Source: Nitrospirota bacterium
GTDB taxonomy: Bacteria > Nitrospirota > UBA9217
DNA length: 64,000 nucleotides
NCBI GenBank assembly: GCA_035623825.1
Contig: DASPSR010000061.1
Coordinates: forward strand, 1-64,000
Reading direction: 5' to 3'
Position 1 is the first letter of the stretch. Every line of letters starts with the position of its first letter. Made by a program: the position numbers and the translations under genes. This document shows, in pieces, positions 9,462 through 19,986 of the stretch. Below the pieces are notes generated by a model, which was not told where the DNA came from, ran no database searches, and saw only the letters and a program-made list of their open reading frames with translations.

Positions 9462-11198
9462 ATGGATAAGATTCTAAGAATCGATGTGGGAGCCGAAGGC
9501 GGCCCCAAGGTGACAGCGGTTCCGGTTGGCGATTATGCAGGATTGGGGGGCAGGGCACTTACGTCAGCGATCGTCTCCAGGGAGGTTCCGCCGCTCTGTC
9601 ATGCGTTGGGAGGCGAGAACAAGCTCGTCATCGCTCCCGGACTTCTGAGCGGTTCGGCCGGCGCCATGTCTGGCCGGATTTCCGTCGGCTGTAAAAGCCC
9701 GCTCACCGGAGGCATCAAGGAGGCCAACTCCGGCGGACAGCCTTCCCAGGTTCTGGCCAAGCTTGGCTACAATGCCATTGTGCTCGAAGGGAAGCCGACG
9801 AGCAACGACCTCTATAAGGTCTTCATCAACAAGGATGGGGTCAAGATCTCCAAGGATAACAGCCTCAGGATGCTCACGAACTACGATCTCATTGACAAGA
9901 TGAAAAAGGAATACGGCGACAAGATAGCGTGCATCTCGATCGGTCCTGCCGGCGAGATGAAGATGTGTGCCGCATCGATTGCTTTTACCGACATAGAGCT
10001 GCGGCCGACCCGCCATGCCGGCCGCGGCGGCGTGGGTGCGGTCATGGGCGCAAAGAACGTCAAGGTCATCGTCCTCGATTCTACCGGCATGCCGACGCGG
10101 GCCCCTAAGGACCAACAGAAGTTCCAGGATGCCAACAAGAGGTTCGTCGATGGCCTCAAGAAACACCCTGTCACCGGCCAAGGCCTCCCCGCCTACGGAA
10201 CCAACGTGCTTACGAACATCCTGAACGAAGTGGGGGGCTATCCCACCTATAACTTCAAGCAGGGCCGTTTCGACGGCGCAGCGAAGATCAGCGGCGAGAC
10301 TCAGGCGGAAACCGAGACGAAGCGCGGCGGCCTCGCGACCCACGGATGTCACCGCGGCTGCGTCATCCAGTGTTCCGGCGTGTTCAACGACAAGGACGGT
10401 CACTACCTTACGAAACAACCCGAGTACGAAACCGTCTGGGCCCACGGAGGCAATTGCGGCATCAGCGACCTGGACAAAATCGCCATGATGGACTTTCTCG
10501 ATGACAATTACGGTCTGGATACCATAGAAATGGGCGCGACGATCGCAGTGGCGATGGAAGCGGGCCTCGCCAAGTTCGGCGATGCCGACGCGGCCATCAA
10601 TCTCATACACGAGGCCGGCAAGGGCACGCACCTCGGCAGGATCCTTGGCAGCGGGGCCGCCGTGACGGGCAAGGCCTTCGGTGTCGAGAGGGTCCCGGTG
10701 GTCAAGGGACAGGCAATGCCGGCATACGATCCGCGTGCGGTCCAGGGCATCGGTGTCACCTACGCTACGAGCCCCATGGGAGCGGACCACACCGCGGGAT
10801 ACGCGGTTGCCCAGAACGTCCTGAAGGTGGGCGGCGATGTGAACGCCCTCAAGCCAGAAGGACAGATAGAACTTTCGAGGAACCTCCAGATCGCCACCGC
10901 GGCAATAGACTCGACCGGCATGTGCCTCTTCATAGCCTTCGCGGTTCTCGACCAGCCCGACACCTTCCAGGCTTTGCTCGACATGTTGAACGCTTTCTAC
11001 GGGCTGAACCTGACGGGAGACGGCGTGACCGATCTGGGGAAGAAGGTCCTTAAGATGGAGCGGGACTTCAATGCCCGCGCCGGCTTCACTCCGCAGCATG
11101 ACCGGTTGCCGAGCTACTTCAAGACAGAAAAATTCGCGCCGCACAACGTCACCTTCGGCGTCAAGGACGAGGATCTTGACAAGGTCTTCAACTGGTAA
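9462..11198 (+). CDS. aor: Aldehyde:ferredoxin oxidoreductase (tungstopterin AOR family)
   Basis: KSPLTGGIKEANSGG, IGPAGE, AGRGGVGAVMGAKNVK, CHRGCVIQC, PEYET, GLDTI and AYDPR motifs; GGAGG SD before ATG 9462. Confidence 0.93.
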   Translation: MDKILRIDVGAEGGPKVTAVPVGDYAGLGGRALTSAIVSREVPPLCHALGGENKLVIAPGLLSGSAGAMSGRISVGCKSPLTGGIKEANSGGQPSQVLAKLGYNAIVLEGKPTSNDLYKVFINKDGVKISKDNSLRMLTNYDLIDKMKKEYGDKIACISIGPAGEMKMCAASIAFTDIELRPTRHAGRGGVGAVMGAKNVKVIVLDSTGMPTRAPKDQQKFQDANKRFVDGLKKHPVTGQGLPAYGTNVLTNILNEVGGYPTYNFKQGRFDGAAKISGETQAETETKRGGLATHGCHRGCVIQCSGVFNDKDGHYLTKQPEYETVWAHGGNCGISDLDKIAMMDFLDDNYGLDTIEMGATIAVAMEAGLAKFGDADAAINLIHEAGKGTHLGRILGSGAAVTGKAFGVERVPVVKGQAMPAYDPRAVQGIGVTYATSPMGADHTAGYAVAQNVLKVGGDVNALKPEGQIELSRNLQIATAAIDSTGMCLFIAFAVLDQPDTFQALLDMLNAFYGLNLTGDGVTDLGKKVLKMERDFNARAGFTPQHDRLPSYFKTEKFAPHNVTFGVKDEDLDKVFNW

Positions 11199-11216
11199 CT
11201 GGAACCATACGGATCG

Positions 11217-11249
11217 AAAAAGGAGAGACGCCGGGTCTCTCCTTTTTTT
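11217..11249 (+). terminator. Intrinsic terminator after aor
   Basis: AAAAAGGAGAGAC-gccgg-GTCTCTCCTTTTTTT. Confidence 0.85.
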
Positions 11250-11329
11250 ATTTCTCCTTCAGGCACGCCGGATGCGTGTTGAGCTCGCCCTAACAACAAT
11301 TCATACTTCGAATGGCGCAGTGAGGCGAT

Positions 11330-11968
11330 ATGAGCATAACCGTAAAGAATTCTGATGAGATCGAAGCTTATCCCCGTCTTGCATTCGTCGTGGCTGAGCC
11401 GCTGGTCTCGCGTTTTTTTCTGCTGCTTCAGCAGGGGGTAATGATCCGGGTTCGGACCGGCTGCAGCGTTGAAGCTTTCCTGCGGGAAGAGATCAAGGCC
11501 ACCCCGGAAACCATCGAAAAGATTCAGTCGATAGTGCTTGACGGAAGGCCGGTCGATGACATCGGCTCAGCTGTGCTGCACGACGGCTCGACGCTGGCTC
11601 TCTCTGCCGCAATGCCCGGACTGGTAGGGGCCACTCTGAGGCGGGGAGGGACTTATTCATCGTTTCGCGGCGCGATCACGTATCACGAATCAGGGCAGGC
11701 ATGCACGCCGGGAGAGGGGTGGGTGAGTATAAAGCTCTTCAATCTTTTGATGGCAGAACTGGGAACTGGTCTATTGCAGAAAGGTGTTCTGCTCAGCTCT
11801 TCCGATTTTCTCGGCTTCCTAGCCGAGCGAGCGCATGAGTTCCGGCAGGGATGCAGCGTCACCCTGAATGGCAGGTCAATCGATGTCGGGATGCTGGGGA
11901 GTGACGCAGGGTTGGGAAGGGAAGGCAAGGTCCTTCTTTCGGTATCTTCGGGGCCGGCGGAGGCATGA
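11330..11968 (+). CDS. Conserved hypothetical protein, AOR-associated
   Basis: LDGRPVDD...LALSAAMPGLVGATLRRGG segment (ubiquitin-like flavour); GAGG SD; AOR neighbourhood. Confidence 0.7.
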   Translation: MSITVKNSDEIEAYPRLAFVVAEPLVSRFFLLLQQGVMIRVRTGCSVEAFLREEIKATPETIEKIQSIVLDGRPVDDIGSAVLHDGSTLALSAAMPGLVGATLRRGGTYSSFRGAITYHESGQACTPGEGWVSIKLFNLLMAELGTGLLQKGVLLSSSDFLGFLAERAHEFRQGCSVTLNGRSIDVGMLGSDAGLGREGKVLLSVSSGPAEA

Positions 11969-11977
11969 CATCAGAAG

Positions 11978-12202
11978 TTATCCTCCGGCAATCGGGGGGA
12001 AGAGCGCGAGTTCATCTCCGTCCTTAAGGACATAATCTCCGGGACGATGCTCCCCGTTTACGATCCTGAGAAGCCTAATCGTCCCGGGGAGGCGCAGGGC
12101 ACTTATGACGTCATCAACGGCCGTGCCTTCGGGGAATGCGGCCACCTGTTCATCAGGGCCGAATTGTCGCAGCACCGCAAAAAGCCGGATCGTAATGTTC
12201 AT
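11978..12202 (-). CDS. MoaD/ThiS-family sulfur carrier
   Basis: 74 aa, MNITIRLFAVLRQ...LKDGDELALFPPIAGG, ending in GG. Confidence 0.9.
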   Translation of the reverse strand: MNITIRLFAVLRQFGPDEQVAAFPEGTAVDDVISALRLPGTIRLLRIVNGEHRPGDYVLKDGDELALFPPIAGG

Positions 12203-12323
12203 AAGTAACAGTATACCAGACTTACCAAGGCTCCCGGATGCATACCGTGCGAACTTGCTGAAAAAAGGTATGCATATGACCGGCATCATACCGGCTCCCG
12301 GCCAGGCCGGGTAGAATAGAAGC

Positions 12324-13613
12324 ATGGCGTCCAGAGAATATCCCTCCAAACTGTTTGTCGAAGTGACCACCCTGTGCAACCTCCAGTGCGGCATGTGCGT
12401 AAAGCAGAGCGGCATTGGCGGGATTCCCGAGGGCATGATGTCGCCGGAGACTTTCGAGCGATTGAGCCCCGTCTTTCCACATCTTGATTCTCTCGTGTTG
12501 AACGGCATCGGCGAGCCCCTGCTCCATCCGCACTTGGAAACGTTCATTGCAAGAGCGCGGTCCCTCCTTCAGGAGCAAGCCGTGGTCGGATTTCAGTCGA
12601 ACGGCATGATGTTGAACGATCAACGGGCCGCGTCGCTTGTCGGCGCGGGGCTTGACCGCATCTGCCTCTCTCTCGACACAGTGTCCGATAACAGTTTCCG
12701 CTCCATCAGGACAGGCGGGGAAATGCAGGGTATCGTGGCAGCGTTCGCGAGTTTGAACAAAGCCAAGTCGCGGCGCGGGAGAAGCGACCTAAAGATCGGG
12801 ATTGAATTCGTGCTGATGCGTGATAATCTCGCCGAGCTGCCCGAAGCAATCCGCTGGGCCGGCAGGGCAGGCGCAAGTTTCGCCATCGTTACCCAGCTGC
12901 TTCCTTACGACGGAGAACTGGTCGTGCAGACAGCCTATGACACCAATACAACCGCCGCCATCGCCATCTATGAAAAGTGGAAGACAAAGGCTTCGAAGGA
13001 AGGCCTTGATATCCGCCGGTATCTCGAAGTTTTCATGAAGGTCGTCAAGACCGCGGAGGAAGAGCGGATCATCGGTTTTGTCGAGAAGATGAGGAATGAC
13101 GCAGAGGCACAGGGCGTAACCCTCCATGTAGAACGGCTGCTAAAGCGAGACGAGGAATGGTTCGCTGACGCCGCCAGTGTTTTCGATGAGGCGCGCCGGG
13201 CCGCCCGGGAGGGAGGAGTCGAACTGACGCTGCCCGGCATGGCACCACGGAATACGAGAAAATGCGAGTTCGTAGAGGGGAAAAGCGCGTTCGTTTCATG
13301 GGACGGCAATTTGCATCCCTGCTACTTCCTCTGGCACCGCTACTCCTGCTATGTTGGAGGAATCGAAAAGCGTGTGAAACCGTGGGTCATCGGCAGCCTG
13401 CACGATCGAGACATTACTACCATCTGGAACGATGAGGGCTCCCGCTTGTTCAGGGAGCGCGTACTCGGATACCGGTTCCCGTTCTGTTTTGACTGCGGTT
13501 TCGCGCTTTGCGATTATGTCGGTGAAGCGGACTTTGAGCAGGATTGTTATATCGAACAGGTCCCCTGTGGATCCTGTCTCTGGTGTACCGGCTTGTTTCA
13601 CTGCCTCCAGTAA
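12324..13613 (+). CDS. Radical SAM/SPASM putative metalloenzyme maturase
   Basis: CNLQCGMC, GIGEPLLHP, Cys-rich SPASM tail (CEF...PCYF...CFDCGFALC...CGSCLWCTGLFHC). Confidence 0.88.
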   Translation: MASREYPSKLFVEVTTLCNLQCGMCVKQSGIGGIPEGMMSPETFERLSPVFPHLDSLVLNGIGEPLLHPHLETFIARARSLLQEQAVVGFQSNGMMLNDQRAASLVGAGLDRICLSLDTVSDNSFRSIRTGGEMQGIVAAFASLNKAKSRRGRSDLKIGIEFVLMRDNLAELPEAIRWAGRAGASFAIVTQLLPYDGELVVQTAYDTNTTAAIAIYEKWKTKASKEGLDIRRYLEVFMKVVKTAEEERIIGFVEKMRNDAEAQGVTLHVERLLKRDEEWFADAASVFDEARRAAREGGVELTLPGMAPRNTRKCEFVEGKSAFVSWDGNLHPCYFLWHRYSCYVGGIEKRVKPWVIGSLHDRDITTIWNDEGSRLFRERVLGYRFPFCFDCGFALCDYVGEADFEQDCYIEQVPCGSCLWCTGLFHCLQ

Positions 13614-13742
13614 TTGACTGGTAAAGACCGTTTTGTGCACCTCGGTCATCTTTTCGGCCAGTACATCTTCGGACCGCCGCCACAGAAGCTTAAGCCATCA
13701 TCGCATATGATATAATGAGAAAAGTTCGGACAATGGCAGGAG

Positions 13743-14255
13743 ATGGGCGTCATGCCGGAATCATCCAACGAAAGCAAGGCATCTGGCCGCAGGGATCCCG
13801 GCCTTGAGATTTCACTGGAATCCATAGCCTCGCAGATTCGGGCCACCGATGGGAAGGACATCCCGTTCAGAAGGGCGATTCTTACGGTAGGTAATCGCAG
13901 CGTGACGGATGTCGTCGACCTGACGATTCACGCCTCGCTCGGTCAGGAGGGCGGAACGATCCATGATGTGTCTCCTGTATTCGCAGGGGCCGCTTCGTCA
14001 GTTCCTCCCGGCGGTAGTATCCGATGGGATGTGTACGATCTTTTGATCCCGGCTCACCCCGGGACAGCCAGCAAGGTCCACATGTTCGGGTATCGGGCGG
14101 CACTGAACTGGAGATTCGACCTCGCCGTTTGGGCCGAATACCGCCTATCGGGATCCATCAGCCGGGTGCAGCTTGCTGAAGCGCGATGGGCATTGCGATG
14201 GAGCGTTACAGATCCTTCTACCGGCGCAGTGGGGCTGACCATCGATGTGACGTAA
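13743..14255 (+). CDS. Hypothetical protein
   Basis: AGGAG SD; 170-aa beta-rich ORF filling the gap between neighbours. Confidence 0.55.
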   Translation: MGVMPESSNESKASGRRDPGLEISLESIASQIRATDGKDIPFRRAILTVGNRSVTDVVDLTIHASLGQEGGTIHDVSPVFAGAASSVPPGGSIRWDVYDLLIPAHPGTASKVHMFGYRAALNWRFDLAVWAEYRLSGSISRVQLAEARWALRWSVTDPSTGAVGLTIDVT

Positions 14256-14336
14256 AGGCCCGATGTTTCACCACCAACCAGATCTGGTCCCTCTTCGGCT
14301 CCTCTCTCAATCGAACCTGAAGTTTCGGTGCAATAG

Positions 14337-15656
14337 ATGCTCAACACCGTTGATATAGCTGAGAACATGACTAAAAACCGTAGACACCCCGCTGGATTGT
14401 ATGTACTCTTTTTTACTGAAATGTGGGAGCGTTTCTCCTACTACGGAATGAGGTCTCTCCTGGTCTACTACATGATTAAACACCTGCAGTTCACGCAGGA
14501 ACGGTCGTCCCAGATTTACGGGCTTTATACAGGGTTTGTCTACTTCACCCCCCTTTTTGGCGGCATGCTTGCGGACCGAGTCCTTGGACAAAGACGGACG
14601 GTCATATTGGGAGGGGTGCTCATGGCTATCGGACATTTTCTGATGGCCGTCGAAAGCTTGTTCTTTCCCGCGCTCATGTTCCTCATACTCGGAAATGGCG
14701 CATTCAAGCCGAATATCTCTACGCAGGTTGGAGCGTTGTACCCTCAAGGAGACCATCGGCGCGACCGCGCGTTCAGCATTTTTTACATGGGAATAAATCT
14801 TGGCGCGTTCTTTTCGCCTCTCGTGTGCGGAACACTCGGGGAAAAGATCGCTTATCACTGGGGCTTTGGCGCTGCCGGCGTCGGCATGGTGACCGGACTC
14901 CTCATATACCTCTGGGGCCAGAAGCACCTTGCACCCGATCTCATCATGCAGCAAAAGGGACACAATGGACAGAAGTCTTCGGAACCGATGACGCACGGAG
15001 ACTGGCTGAGGATCTGCGCAATCTTCGTTATGATGACCCTGAGCATCATTTTCTGGAGTGTTTACGAACAGCAGGGCAACACAATGGCCCTCTGGGCCGA
15101 CGTAAACACGGACCGGTTGTTCTTCGGCTGGGAGATGCCGGCCTCGTGGTTTCAATCGTTCAACCCGCTCATGATCTTCATTTTAGTCCCGGCGCTGAAC
15201 ATGTTCTGGGGCTGGCAGGACCGCCTTGGAAAGGAACCTTCGAGCGTCGCCAAGATGGGGATTGGCTGCATCCTCCTTGCTGCGGCATTCTTGATCCTGA
15301 TCCCGCCCGCCAGGGAACTGGCGATCACTCCCAAGGCAAGCATCTGGTGGTTGACGTCATGCGCATTCGTGCTCACAGTAGGCGAAATCTATCTTTCCCC
15401 GATAGGCCTGTCGCTTGTGACCAAAATCGCTCCCATCCGGATCGTCTCAATGATGATGGGTGTCTGGTTTCTGTCGAGCTTTTTCGGCAACTACCTGTCG
15501 GGATATCTGGGAACGTTCTGGGAGAAAATGTCCAAAGCGAATTTCTTCCTGCTGATGTTCACCCTGTCATTCGCCACGGGCCTGGCGTTTTTTGCTCTCC
15601 TAAGGCCGCTAAAAAAAGCAATCGGATACGGCAAACAGAAATCCATGGAGGTGTGA
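14337..15656 (+). CDS. POT/PTR-family proton-dependent oligopeptide transporter (MFS)
   Basis: EMWERFSYYGMR, GGMLADRVLG, FKPNIS and FSIFYMGINLG motifs. Start may be 14367. Confidence 0.93.
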   Translation: MLNTVDIAENMTKNRRHPAGLYVLFFTEMWERFSYYGMRSLLVYYMIKHLQFTQERSSQIYGLYTGFVYFTPLFGGMLADRVLGQRRTVILGGVLMAIGHFLMAVESLFFPALMFLILGNGAFKPNISTQVGALYPQGDHRRDRAFSIFYMGINLGAFFSPLVCGTLGEKIAYHWGFGAAGVGMVTGLLIYLWGQKHLAPDLIMQQKGHNGQKSSEPMTHGDWLRICAIFVMMTLSIIFWSVYEQQGNTMALWADVNTDRLFFGWEMPASWFQSFNPLMIFILVPALNMFWGWQDRLGKEPSSVAKMGIGCILLAAAFLILIPPARELAITPKASIWWLTSCAFVLTVGEIYLSPIGLSLVTKIAPIRIVSMMMGVWFLSSFFGNYLSGYLGTFWEKMSKANFFLLMFTLSFATGLAFFALLRPLKKAIGYGKQKSMEV

Positions 15657-16090
15657 TGCCGAAGAGGGGAACAGATGGGCGGATCACATCGCCTTGCGCG
15701 ACAAATTCTATTTAGAAACAACTATCAAAAATATAAAGTTTATCATTAATTAATGCTATCTAATTACCTGAAATATAATAATATTAATATTCTTAATTAT
15801 CCTGAAAATAGCCATAAATATTAGCAGAGTAAAAAATGTTTTATCAGTTATCGTGGAGTTACAATGTATTGTGGGTTGCAAACCGTATTTTTGTATTCTC
15901 TCCGGACTGCACAGGACATCGTGGAACTTGCGGTTCTGGACCTAGCATATTTCGCAGTACCCATGGGAGCGAATGATGGTCAGTATTCAGCTCAGCTGCT
16001 TGTGTCGTATGCAGATTGTCTATTTTGAGAGAAGCTTTGACATGCTTCTGCAAAGAGAGGTAAAATATAGTGTCTTAAGCAGGAGCGAGC

Positions 16091-16276
16091 ATGCATTATA
16101 AAAAAACCATTGATCAAAGCGGCTCTGGTAAAGAGTATAAGACGGCGGAAGGTCCCAAGAGGGCATCAAATGACGACGCCTGCAGGTGTCAAGAAGTTTC
16201 GGAAATGGGACCGAAGCAGCTTTTCAAGCTCATGATAAGTGACTTGACGTTTTGGAAAAAAAAGAAAAGCGGATGA
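16091..16276 (+). CDS. Small hypothetical protein
   Basis: AGGAG SD; C-terminal SEMGPKQLFKLMISDLTFWKKKK. Confidence 0.5.
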   Translation: MHYKKTIDQSGSGKEYKTAEGPKRASNDDACRCQEVSEMGPKQLFKLMISDLTFWKKKKSG

Positions 16277-16341
16277 TGGGGATTGCGGTGTCTCTTTTAA
16301 AGCTTGACCTCGAAAACGACATTCTGAACGGAGGATGATGA

Positions 16342-16947
16342 ATGGGATATAAACAGCAATTCCAGCCTCTTACAAGGGAAGATAGGATAACTGTTGTTCT
16401 ATACCGCATGGGCATTTTTCTGTCCTCTATTATCATATCCGCAATGGCATATCTTTTGACGACGGTAGCTTCAAATGCCAGCGCTGCCGCTATCGGCGCG
16501 TCAGGTGACATCCTTGCCTACGGGCTCTATGCATCCGTGGGCATGAGCGTGTTCTTCATTCATCTCTATGTAGTCAAGCTCAAAAAATACCTAAAGAACC
16601 TATATTACATCAGCCTAGGTTGTCTTGTCGCACTTCTTTTCATCGGCGGCGGGTTCCTGTCAGAAGCGATCGGGCGCGAACCGTATGGACCTCTTCTCCT
16701 ACTGCCGATTTCCGGATGTCTGGGATTTGTGACAGCAAAGGAGGCTTTCTGCTTCCAGCTCTTCGAGGGCTATATCCTTGCCATGATCATGCCGCTCTAC
16801 CTGCTGCTAATCTCGGGAAGAATCCTCCTTGGACGGGGTGCGGCCTACGGCCTGATCCTCATTGCAGTAATGCTTGTCATTTTCACGCTGCGAAAAGTGT
16901 TCATGCCACTCACCTATGATATTGGCGATAAATCCGCCTATCGCTAA
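16342..16947 (+). CDS. DUF2301-like integral membrane protein
   Basis: VVLYRMG, FIHLY, KEAFCF and DIGDKS motifs; about 6 TM segments. Confidence 0.8.
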   Translation: MGYKQQFQPLTREDRITVVLYRMGIFLSSIIISAMAYLLTTVASNASAAAIGASGDILAYGLYASVGMSVFFIHLYVVKLKKYLKNLYYISLGCLVALLFIGGGFLSEAIGREPYGPLLLLPISGCLGFVTAKEAFCFQLFEGYILAMIMPLYLLLISGRILLGRGAAYGLILIAVMLVIFTLRKVFMPLTYDIGDKSAYR

Positions 16948-17327
16948 AACTGATTAATCTTCACAAGCTGATCCTGCGATTTGAAAATATTCATTCTGAC
17001 CTGATTATATTCTGCTTAAGGATTATAAGCCAAAGTCTGCGGTAACTTTCGCCATCTAACCTTCGCAAGAAACTGTACGTCACATGGCATGATGCAGAAA
17101 CACAGGAGACAGACTGAAATATTCAATGTGCTATGCAGTGACCGCGAAGAGAATTTTGGGTGGTATCGGAAGGGGTATGCTGATCTTACTCATGAGGTTC
17201 TTCCATCGCTGGGTAGTAGTGTTTACCAGCAAAAATAACAGTTTTGGTGAAATATCAGTTTATGGTCATCCGCAGACGAGACTGCCAGCTCGAAAATGAC
17301 AATATATGATTTCACAAAAAGACGATA

Positions 17328-17792
17328 TTATTGTTTTGTATAAGTCAGCCTCAGGAAAGCTGCGCGGTCGCTGCAGGGGTCGTGGAAAAGATTAAACGTA
17401 AGTGCATTGCCGCTTATGGAGTACGTATAAGAACCGCTTGTGGTTTCCCCCGTGGTCCCGTTGATGCAGGAATCGAAATCGGTCATTAGTATCACGTTTC
17501 CGCTCATCGTAAAACTTCCCCGAACTGCCGGCATGCCAGGAAGATTTAAATCGCGCGAATAAGTGTTGTCTGCTTTAAATGTAAGGTTATATCCTCCGTT
17601 AACCCACGTGCCGGCAAGTGGATTCAGAGGAGCTGTTGTATATGTATTAGACCTGCTTTCTTCACCGACGGGGTTCTGTGGAATCGTGTTCGAACCGGAG
17701 TTGCCGCTTCCGCCGCTTCCGCATGCAAGTAGGGAAGTCATAAAGAAAGAACATGATAGCAACGATAACACGCTTTTGATTCTCATTCTCAT
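17328..17792 (-). CDS. Lipoprotein with a small beta-barrel-like domain
   Basis: LLAC lipobox, Gly/Ser linker, LAGTW, one Cys pair; GGGGA SD. Confidence 0.75.
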   Translation of the reverse strand: MRMRIKSVLSLLSCSFFMTSLLACGSGGSGNSGSNTIPQNPVGEESRSNTYTTAPLNPLAGTWVNGGYNLTFKADNTYSRDLNLPGMPAVRGSFTMSGNVILMTDFDSCINGTTGETTSGSYTYSISGNALTFNLFHDPCSDRAAFLRLTYTKQ

Positions 17793-17981
17793 TGGATCCC
17801 CCTCTTATAAATCGGATATTCATCTTGCTGACGACGCTGCATAGGGGCTGTGAGAACATTATCCATGTGTCAAGAGCAATAATATCACCTATATATCCGT
17901 CCGGTTCCCACCAGAGTCCAGCCCTAGAAGTGAGACTGAGAAAGTAGAGACTGAGTTTGATGGTTATATGTATCAGCCGTC

Positions 17982-18021
17982 TGTTACAAGTCGTTTAAAA
18001 CAATGTTAAATTTTGATGAAA
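17982..18021 (-). promoter_or_regulatory. Pho-box-like array upstream of the lipoprotein
   Basis: Minus strand: TTTCATC-aaaa-TTTAACA-ttgt-TTTAAAC-gact-TGTAACA-(9 nt)-TACATA (imperfect -10). Confidence 0.6.
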
Positions 18022-18208
18022 TTATTCAAGATATGAGTTTCTCTCTGGGGAGTTTAGCTTGGGTGATGAAAAGCGCTTCAACACACTTCAAGAACATCTG
18101 GGCTTTTGGACGGTCGTGTGGAATGAGGCTGTCACGATGTGAACAACAGACGCATCGAAGAGCGGAGCATACCCTGAAACAGCCACAGGACAGTATTTGT
18201 CCCTTTCA

Positions 18209-18658
18209 TTAATCCCGTCCCTGGTCGTTATCCTGAGGTTGTACCTGCGGTGGCTTCCCTTTTTTTCGTTGGTTCAGGTAGGCTGCAATCATAGGGAAAT
18301 CAGCAGCAACCCAATCGAGTGACGGTAGCTCGATTGGCGACATCCAGAGATGTGCTTTGTGCTCGTGAAGCGAGATTTCCCCTGATACTATGGCGCAGAT
18401 GAAGGGGTACAGAATCACGGAAAAATTAGGATAATCATGGCTTACGGTAGGCAATGGCCGGACGATTTCTATCTGCAGATTCAGTTCTTCAGCCACCTCA
18501 CGGACAACGCAATGCTCAGGCCGTTCGCCCCGGTGGATCTTTCCGCCGGGAAACTCCCATTTGAGAGGCAGATTCATGCGCTCGCTTCTCTGGACGGCGA
18601 GGATCTTTTCATTCTGCTCTATAATCGCGCAGGCAACCCGCATGGTTTTTCTAGACAT
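18209..18658 (-). CDS. NUDIX hydrolase, MutT/NudG-like
   Basis: WEFPGGKIHRGERPEHCVVREVAEEL Nudix box. Confidence 0.9.
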   Translation of the reverse strand: MSRKTMRVACAIIEQNEKILAVQRSERMNLPLKWEFPGGKIHRGERPEHCVVREVAEELNLQIEIVRPLPTVSHDYPNFSVILYPFICAIVSGEISLHEHKAHLWMSPIELPSLDWVAADFPMIAAYLNQRKKGKPPQVQPQDNDQGRD

Positions 18659-18946
18659 GTTCTCTTATTCCATAATATCGAGCATGGATCTTTTTATGGC
18701 GCACGATTTCCTCGGTATTTATGTGATAACTTATCCATCTCAAGGCAACGAGATTTGGCCAACCGGAATCGTTTCCAAGGTTCCACAAATTTTCGTGCAA
18801 TAAGGAGACAGACGAGTTTCCGTTTTTTGAAAAAGTCTGATACATCACATCAATCCTTGATCCGAGCCTAAAAGTATGCGACAGATGGTTTACATGACAC
18901 GGTGATGTTTCCGGCCAATTGAGGCTAGCCCTCCTTCCATAAGATG

Positions 18947-18975
18947 TTGACACCGCTTGGCCTACACGTTACAAT
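18947..18975 (+). promoter_or_regulatory. sigma70 promoter
   Basis: TTGACA-17 nt-TACAAT. Confidence 0.7.
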
Positions 18976-19024
18976 AAAGACATGGTTGAGTAAAAATCCT
19001 GGGTCGAGAGGTGGATGCGCGGGT

Positions 19025-19294
19025 ATGTGGAAAACCATCGGCGGCTTCGTGGTGAGCAATTTTGCAGAAGTTTTTGTAAAGGAGCTGGTAAAAGAGGTCA
19101 CGAAAGCCAATAAGCCGGCACCGCAGCAGCAACGCAACACCGCTTCCGTTTCGAAGCCAACGAAAAACGATCCTCAGCAGCCCATAGCTTTTGCAAAGGG
19201 ACAGGTCATGGTGCTCGAATGGGTGCCTACCTCGAAACAGGAGACTAACGACCAGGACACCGAACAGGAGACAGGCCCTTCTGCTGGTGGTTAA
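19025..19294 (+). CDS. Small hypothetical protein (89 aa)
   Basis: Downstream of a near-consensus promoter; GAGG SD; MWKTIGGFVVSNFAEVFVKELV. Confidence 0.5.
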   Translation: MWKTIGGFVVSNFAEVFVKELVKEVTKANKPAPQQQRNTASVSKPTKNDPQQPIAFAKGQVMVLEWVPTSKQETNDQDTEQETGPSAGG

Positions 19295-19307
19295 TAGTAA
19301 CGAACAA

Positions 19308-19685
19308 TTATTTGACCGCGGCCCTCATAAAATCCATCAACGCTACAACCCCGACAATCGCGGTTCCATCTGTTACGAATACCCTCGCAATATTGTAGTT
19401 TTGCATCATGTTCATGAGTTGAGCAACATCCATATCTGTTTTCACGCAAATCACCGGTTTGGTGGCAATATCGGCGACGCTGATGTTCATCGGGTCGATG
19501 TCCTTCGCAAGGACCTTATTGAATATATCGCGCACGGCCACGATCCCGAAACTGTCCGAGTCGTTCCTAGGCTTGATCAGTACCGATCTGATCATTTTCT
19601 TCGTCATCAGCTTCATGACTTCGTTGACGCTTGTCTCTGCCGGTACGGACTCGATGGTTTTGTTCATCATTTCTCCAACCTTCAT
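19308..19685 (-). CDS. CBS-pair protein
   Basis: Two CBS repeats (MKVGEMM...GIVAVRDI; VADIATKPV...VGVVALMD); AGGAG SD. Confidence 0.9.
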   Translation of the reverse strand: MKVGEMMNKTIESVPAETSVNEVMKLMTKKMIRSVLIKPRNDSDSFGIVAVRDIFNKVLAKDIDPMNISVADIATKPVICVKTDMDVAQLMNMMQNYNIARVFVTDGTAIVGVVALMDFMRAAVK

Positions 19686-19986
19686 GTGTATATCTCCTTG
19701 GGCCGGGGCGCAGGTGATGGACTATGAGAACCGGTAGAACGGCTTCGCGTGATGTGCTGAGGTAACGGCCCAAACCGCAGCCCGCTGATCTATAGGTCAT
19801 ACACGCATTGAGGTAATCTTAACATAGGCATGAGTCTTCTGCAACAGGTTCTTCAGCGGACTTCCGAAGGATTGTTGTGAAGATAGAATATTGAACTATC
19901 CTCAGTGCATTCCGAATGTATGAGAGTGATGCTATAATCAGGCAGGTCTGCTCTGCAGAAATCAGCTGCCTGGACCGAGAGTAACT

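Noticed and set aside
9564-11144. 526-aa antisense ORF over aor, and similar long shadow ORFs (5607..6449, 14825..15715, 43959..44852, 63344..63997)
   Set aside because: They overlap well-supported genes, carry no motifs, and are expected from GC-rich codon bias.
11978-12547. 189-aa version of the MoaD-like ORF
   Set aside because: The extension overlaps the radical SAM gene; ATG 12202 gives the normal 74-aa carrier.
17932-17955. GAGACTGAG direct repeat
   Set aside because: Only two copies of 9 nt, with no further support.
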